DNA of 63,804 nucleotides, counting the filler, from Candidatus Rokuibacteriota bacterium (lineage in GTDB: Bacteria; JAUVQV01; DATDCY01), in NCBI GenBank assembly GCA_031406795.1. It is 5 parts of 5 records of this genome, joined end to end, with 100 filler letters (N's around TTAATTAATTAA, not from the genome) between each part and the next. Parts side by side here need not be neighbours in the genome. Positions count along the whole stretch, not along the records: positions 53,707 to 61,888 come from JANOHV010000167.1; positions 61,989 to 63,804 come from JANOHV010000269.1; 3 more parts are not named here. One strand, 5' to 3'. Made by a program: the position numbers and the translations under genes. This document shows, piece after piece, positions 59,008 through 63,804 of this stretch; positions within the stretch are counted from its first letter, which is position 1; each line of letters begins with the position of its first letter. The notes under the pieces were generated by a model. It did not search any database, was not told the origin of the DNA, and worked only from the letters and a program-made list of their open reading frames with translations.

Positions 59008-61776
59008 TCAGAACGGATACCCGATCGTCAGGTGCCAGCGGGAGGGCGCCTCCCCGGGCGCGCGATTGAGCTTGTGGCCCCAATCGAGCCGGATCGGCCC
59101 GACGAGCGTCTCGTAGCGCAGCCCGGTCCCGACCGAGGTCTTGATCCCCGAGGGGGGTTGCCCGACCTGGTCGGACCAGAGCTCCCCGGCGTCGAAGAAG
59201 AGCACCCCGCGTAGCTTGCGGTACAGCTTGAAGCGCACCTCGAGGTTCCCCTGGGCGAACACGTTGCCGCCGAGCGGGTTGCCGGCGTCGTCTTTCGCGC
59301 CGATGCTCTTGAAGCCGTAGCCGCGCACGCTGCGGTCCCCGCCGAGAAAGAAACGCTCCGAAAGCGGCAGATCGCCCCCGCCGAGCAGCAGCTGGGTGAA
59401 TCCGCCGCGCAGACCGAGCGCGATCTCGGCGCCGGACCCGAGCGGCAGGTACCATGAGGTTTCGAGCTGATACTTGGTGAACGAGATATCGCCGCCGAGA
59501 AACGGCCGCGCGAACTCGACGCTCGCGAGCTGGAAGGAGCCGCGCCGCGGCGCGATCGGATTGTCGCGCCGGTCGTAATCGAGCCCCAGGATCAGGCTGC
59601 CGATGTTGAAACTCTCCAGGGTCCCGAGCTCGGCCGTGAGGTCCGGTACCACGTTGGAGTAGTCCACGAACTCGTAGCGGTAGCGCAGGTTGAGCAGCAA
59701 CCGCGGGGTCAACTCCCGGTTGACGCCGAGCGCCAGCCCCTGGCGCCGCAGCTGGTACCCGGGTTCCTCCCGGCGCTCCAGATAGAGGTCGGCCTGCCCC
59801 TTGAGATCGAAGTCGAGAAGCCACGGTTCCTGGTAGAACAGGTCGTGGCGATCGCCGATCTCGCTCAGCTTGGTCTTCCAGCGCAGACTCCGCCCCGTGC
59901 CGAAAAGATTCTGTTCGCCGGCTTCGACGAACCCGCGGAAGCGCTCGTCGCTGGCGTAGCCGAGGCCGAGGCCGACGAAGCCGGTCGGCCGCTCGCGAAC
60001 GGCGAGGACCAGGTCCTGCGGTCCCTCGGGCAAGACCGGCTCCGGCAGGAGGTAGCGCACTTCCCGGAAGAAACCCAGCTCATAGATCGCATTCTTGCCC
60101 TTCACCAGGGCCTCCGGGTTGAGCGGCTTCCCGGCCGCCAGCGGCAGCTCGCGCAGGATGACGCGCCGCGCGGTCCGACCGTTGCCCGTGACGGCGACGC
60201 TGCCGAGACGCTGCAGCCCGCCCTGCACCACCGTGAACCGCAGATCGACGTTTGCGCGACCCTCGCCGAAATCCGGGCGCACCGTCACGGCGCACTTCGG
60301 GTACCCGGCCCGCGCGAAGGCGGCCCGCACCCGTTCCGCGGCGGGCTGGAGTTGCGCCGCGCGGTAGGGGGCGCCTTCACGCAGACCGACGACCGCCTCG
60401 AGCCGCGCCTTCGACAACGCGACCGCGCCGGCGAAGGAAATCGAGCGCAGCAACGAGCGGGGCCCCTCGCGAACGGTGAAGATCACCACGGCGCCCGCGG
60501 GCCCGGCCTCCGGCCAGACCTCCGCCGGCGGCACCTCAACCCGCGTGAAGCCGGCGTCGCGGTACCAGGACAGAATCCGGCGCCGGTCACCTTCGAGCTC
60601 GGGGGCCTGCAGCAGCCGCAGATCCTCGCCGAGGGAGGCGCGCGTGCCCAGCCGCTGGCGCACCCAGCTCTCGCTGAACTGCGTGAACCCGACCAGCCGC
60701 ACCTCCGCCACCGCCACCGGCCGGTTCTCGCGCACCGTGTAGACGACCTGCCCGGTATCGTAGTCCGCCTTGGCGTCGACCTCGACCAGGTAGTAGCCCC
60801 GCTCCTGGTAGAAGGCGAGAATCCGTTCGCGCCCCGCGGCGACCTCCTCCTCGTCGAAGAAGCCCGACCGCTGGAACGTCAGCAGCGGCCGCAGGTCGCG
60901 CTCGTCGAATTCCTTGTTGCCGCGGAAGACCGCCTCGAACCGGCGCCCCTCGTCGATCTCGAGCGTGATCGTCACGAACCGGTAACCCCCGCGCCAGAAC
61001 GAGAGCAGGCCCTTGATCGGGTTGGTCAGGACCGCCAGCAGCGCGAGCGACCCCTCGCCCGCCACGACCTGCGAGCCGATCCGCACATCGAGGTAGCCGC
61101 GCCGCTGGTAGAAATCCCGCAGATTTTCGAGCCCGCGCTGGAGATCGGCGCCGCGGAAGAACGTGTAGCGGCTCATCCCGAGCGCCCCGAGGATTTCGTC
61201 GGCGCTCAGGCCGCGGTTGCCGTGCAGGAGCACCTGCCGCACCACCCGGGGCCGCCCCTCGTCGATGCGGTAGGTCACCCGCACCTCGCCGGCCTCGCGG
61301 GCGACCTCCTCGACGACCGTCGTGCCCTCGTACCCCTGCTCCTCGTAATGACGGAGCATCCGCTCGATGTCCCCGCGCACGATCGCCTCGCTGAACGGCT
61401 CGGCGGCGCGCAGCCGCAGCAGCCCGGCCAGGTCGCGCTCGAGCACGAGGAAGTTCCCTTTGACGCGTACCTCCCGGACCAGCAGGTGCGGCCGCAGCGT
61501 GAAACTCACCGTCGCGCCGTCCGGACCGTCGATCAGCCGGGCCTCGGCCTCGGCGAAGAGGCCGGTCGTGCGCAGCAGGCGCAGGTTGCGCTCGAGCAGC
61601 TCCGGCGTCAGCGGATCGCCCGCCCGGACCGCGACGAGATCGGCGTAGCGGTACGATCCGATCCGGTCCTCGGGCGCGAAGACAACCGCGGCGACTCGTG
61701 GGGGATCGGCCGCGAAGCCCGGCGCCGCAGCGGCAAGCAGCGCCGCAACCAGCGCGGCAAGACAACCTGACAGCAC
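59008..61776 (-). CDS. BamA/TamA-family outer-membrane assembly protein with multiple POTRA domains
   Basis: Repeated Y..RGY POTRA units, EQNLFGTG, ERFFLGGDRSVRGY, GPIRLD and terminal F. Start uncertain: the ORF-track TTG at 61827 lies inside a repeat. Confidence 0.9.
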   Translation of the reverse strand: MLSGCLAALVAALLAAAAPGFAADPPRVAAVVFAPEDRIGSYRYADLVAVRAGDPLTPELLERNLRLLRTTGLFAEAEARLIDGPDGATVSFTLRPHLLVREVRVKGNFLVLERDLAGLLRLRAAEPFSEAIVRGDIERMLRHYEEQGYEGTTVVEEVAREAGEVRVTYRIDEGRPRVVRQVLLHGNRGLSADEILGALGMSRYTFFRGADLQRGLENLRDFYQRRGYLDVRIGSQVVAGEGSLALLAVLTNPIKGLLSFWRGGYRFVTITLEIDEGRRFEAVFRGNKEFDERDLRPLLTFQRSGFFDEEEVAAGRERILAFYQERGYYLVEVDAKADYDTGQVVYTVRENRPVAVAEVRLVGFTQFSESWVRQRLGTRASLGEDLRLLQAPELEGDRRRILSWYRDAGFTRVEVPPAEVWPEAGPAGAVVIFTVREGPRSLLRSISFAGAVALSKARLEAVVGLREGAPYRAAQLQPAAERVRAAFARAGYPKCAVTVRPDFGEGRANVDLRFTVVQGGLQRLGSVAVTGNGRTARRVILRELPLAAGKPLNPEALVKGKNAIYELGFFREVRYLLPEPVLPEGPQDLVLAVRERPTGFVGLGLGYASDERFRGFVEAGEQNLFGTGRSLRWKTKLSEIGDRHDLFYQEPWLLDFDLKGQADLYLERREEPGYQLRRQGLALGVNRELTPRLLLNLRYRYEFVDYSNVVPDLTAELGTLESFNIGSLILGLDYDRRDNPIAPRRGSFQLASVEFARPFLGGDISFTKYQLETSWYLPLGSGAEIALGLRGGFTQLLLGGGDLPLSERFFLGGDRSVRGYGFKSIGAKDDAGNPLGGNVFAQGNLEVRFKLYRKLRGVLFFDAGELWSDQVGQPPSGIKTSVGTGLRYETLVGPIRLDWGHKLNRAPGEAPSRWHLTIGYPF

Positions 61777-61817
61777 GCGTGCGCAAGCGGGGAGTCGGGA
61801 GTCACGGGAACAGAGCA

Positions 61818-61888
61818 GGCTGCTCAAAAGGGCCCAGATGCAAGACGCGCGACGAGGGAAATCCGGGCGGGGGGGGGGGACCCCCCCC
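61818..61888. repeat. Palindromic MITE-like element, family A (truncated at contig end)
   Basis: GGCTGCTCAAAAGGGCCCAGATGCAAGAC left arm. Confidence 0.7.
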
Positions 61889-61988
61889 NNNNNNNNNNNN
61901 NNNNNNNNNNNNNNNNNNNNNNNNNNNNNNNNTTAATTAATTAANNNNNNNNNNNNNNNNNNNNNNNNNNNNNNNNNNNNNNNNNNNN
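61889..61988. other. Artificial contig linker
   Basis: N run with TTAATTAATTAA. Confidence 0.99.
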
Positions 61989-61989
61989 G

Positions 61990-62052
61990 AACGGCAGACT
62001 GTTGGCGCAGACCGCGGTGACCCTGCAAAAGAATGTGGTTAGACAGCCGTAA
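61990..62052 (+). CDS. C-terminal fragment of DUF3494 ice-binding-like protein
   Basis: Hand translation NGRLLAQTAVTLQKNVVRQP*, the characteristic DUF3494 terminal motif. Confidence 0.72.
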   Translation, partial: NGRLLAQTAVTLQKNVVRQP

Positions 62053-62112
62053 GGACTGAGACAGAAAGGGTCCAGCAGAGACAGCAACTGACCGCCTGGT
62101 TTGATCGCCTAC

Positions 62113-62158
62113 GCGGCGGGGTTCCCGGAAAAACGGGGACCCCGCCGTTTTCTTTTTC
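62113..62158 (+). terminator. Rho-independent terminator
   Basis: GCGGCGGGGTTCCCG-GAAAAA-CGGGGACCCCGCCGT followed by a T-rich run. Confidence 0.75.
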
Positions 62159-62277
62159 TCCAGTCCATGAGCGGCGCCTTCCCACGCTTTCACGAAAAGG
62201 ACAGCCGCGTTTCACTTCCTCCGGGGACTGCCGTTCACTCCGATCGCATTCATGGTGCAGGTTCCTTCCTGATCGCA

Positions 62278-63804
62278 TCACAGGCTCGTCAGCTCATACA
62301 CCATATCGCCGACGAAGCGCCGGAACGACTCGTTCTCGACGAACTGCTTGTAGACCTGCGTGTCGTCCTTGAGCAGCAACTGCATCACCTTGCCAAGCGC
62401 CTGGTCGTGGGCCATGCGCGCGGTGTGCGGCGTATTCTCCCTGGCGTTGCGGTAGGCCGCGTCGGCGGCGACCTTGGGCGCGATGTCCTCGCGGATCCGC
62501 TTCGCGACCCGATCGCCGTCGGTGAACATCGTGCCGAAATGCTCGTTGAACGCCTTGAGGATGTTGCTCAGGCGGTCGAGCTCTGGCTCGGGCTTGCGGC
62601 CTCCCCCATCCGTCGGGACGGGTTCGATCTCGGCATCCGCATCCGCCAGCGCGATCTTCATGACCGCCTTCTTCTCGACGCGGTAACTGTCCATGTCGAT
62701 GGCTTCGAGGATCCCCCTGGCGAGATCGGGGTCCTTCGGCGCCGGCAACTTGGGCGTAAGCAGGTTCAGCAAGATGGAGAGCCGCTCCCACGCGGGGTTG
62801 CTGAAGGGCAGCACCGAGGCCAGGAAATCGTAGGTGCGCGTAAAGGTCTTGGCCTTGCCCTTGAAGTCAACCTGCTGGTCCTCGTCGAGCTCGCTGATGT
62901 AAACCGCCACGCACGCATCGAGGATCGGGTCGAGCTGGTCGCGGTCGGCGCCGCCGAGGAACAACTCAACCACCTGACGCTCCTGCGCCGGCGAATAGAC
63001 CTGTACGCCATCGAGCGCAGCTTTGAGATCGTGCAGCTTGTTGGGGTCGGTCTCCTCGGCCAGCAGCGTCGTGCGGTAGTAGTCCTGGAAGGCGAAGGTG
63101 ATCGCCGCGGCATTGTTTTGGAAATCGAGCACGAAGCAGTCGTGCTTCTGCGGATGCGCGCGGTTGAGCCGCGAGAGCGTCTGCACCGCCTTGATGCCCG
63201 AGAGCGGCTTGTCCACGTACATCGTGTGCAGCAGCGGCTCGTCGTAGCCGGTCTGGAACTTCTCGGCGCAGATCAGGAAGCGGTACGGGTCGCTCTGGAT
63301 CTTCTCGGCGATGTCGCCGCTCGCGAAACCGTTGAGCGACGTTTCACTGACCTTGGCCCCACCGTACTCGTGCTCTCCCGAGAACGCGACGATCGCCTGG
63401 AATGGGCTCTTGCGCTGCATGAGATACGCCTGCACCGCGTGGAAGTACTGGATCGCGCGCTCGATGCCGCTCGTCACCACCATCGCCCGCGCCTGCCCGC
63501 CGATCTTCGCGGCCGCCAGCACCTGCTCGTTGAAGTGGTCCACCATGATCTCGGCCTTGAGCCGGATCGCGTGGTCGTGGCTCTCGACATAGTAGCGCAG
63601 CTTCTTGTTGGCCCGCTTGGTGTCGAACTCCGGGTCGTCCTCGCTCTTCTTGACCAGCTTGTAGTAGCTGTCCACCGGCGTGTAGGCCTTGAGCACATCG
63701 AGGATGAAGCGCTCCTCGACCGCCTGCTTCATCGTGTAGCTGTGGAACGGCCGGTGCTTGATCCTGCCCTCGGCATCGGGCGGCAGGGGCTCGCCGAACA
63801 TCTC
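62278..63804 (-). CDS. hsdR: Type I restriction endonuclease subunit R (5' truncated)
   Basis: YTMKQAVEE.FILDVL, KIGGQARAMVVT, KFQTGYDEPLLHTMYVDK and AVQTLSRLNR. Confidence 0.93.
   Translation of the reverse strand, partial: EMFGEPLPPDAEGRIKHRPFHSYTMKQAVEERFILDVLKAYTPVDSYYKLVKKSEDDPEFDTKRANKKLRYYVESHDHAIRLKAEIMVDHFNEQVLAAAKIGGQARAMVVTSGIERAIQYFHAVQAYLMQRKSPFQAIVAFSGEHEYGGAKVSETSLNGFASGDIAEKIQSDPYRFLICAEKFQTGYDEPLLHTMYVDKPLSGIKAVQTLSRLNRAHPQKHDCFVLDFQNNAAAITFAFQDYYRTTLLAEETDPNKLHDLKAALDGVQVYSPAQERQVVELFLGGADRDQLDPILDACVAVYISELDEDQQVDFKGKAKTFTRTYDFLASVLPFSNPAWERLSILLNLLTPKLPAPKDPDLARGILEAIDMDSYRVEKKAVMKIALADADAEIEPVPTDGGGRKPEPELDRLSNILKAFNEHFGTMFTDGDRVAKRIREDIAPKVAADAAYRNARENTPHTARMAHDQALGKVMQLLLKDDTQVYKQFVENESFRRFVGDMVYELTSL

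Noticed and set aside
61868-61888. G and C homopolymer runs
   Set aside because: At a contig end inside a repeat; probably low-quality sequence.
16893-61988. Four identical TTAATTAATTAA motifs within N runs
   Set aside because: Artificial linkers. Adjacency across them (for example CobW next to recA) has no biological meaning.

Overview
This window joins five contig fragments of a high-GC (roughly 65-70% by eye) diderm bacterium with delta-proteobacterial-like gene order. The fragments are separated by artificial N-TTAATTAATTAA-N linkers. Contig 1 (1-16892) is an acetate/solute uptake region: two paralogous cNMP-CBS-DUF294 nucleotidyltransferase modules (actP/acs; SSS transporter/DEDDh nuclease), each with a sigma54 promoter and a shared GTTAC-N5-GTAAC palindrome. 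It also holds an orphan RnfD-like gene and a catalytically degenerate sirtuin. Contig 2 is housekeeping (infB, rbfA, DHH, metG, TatD-radical SAM, usp, tsaB, ilvBN-psd-pssA-leuA-ilvC), and its IlvC is a Bacteroidetes/fungal-type enzyme with an NADH-like loop. Contig 3 holds an Mla/MCE transporter, a UGA-recoded ExtKL-type pentaheme selenoprotein with a SECIS, a split-FecR/OmpA/CHASE2-HD-GYP operon, RRM and DEAD-box genes, and DUF2339/DUF3999. It ends in a lower-GC island with a candidate structured RNA, a CBS pair, an IS91-like remnant, a RamA-type activase and a CobW GTPase. Contig 4 carries recA, cinA, pgpA, a Cys-repeat/acidic microprotein, a GGDEF regulator, lolA and a BamA-family gene. Contig 5 has the end of a DUF3494 ice-binding-like gene and a partial type I HsdR. 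Several palindromic intergenic repeats are present. No CRISPR array, rRNA or tRNA was seen. All family calls come from motif recognition by eye, without database searches.
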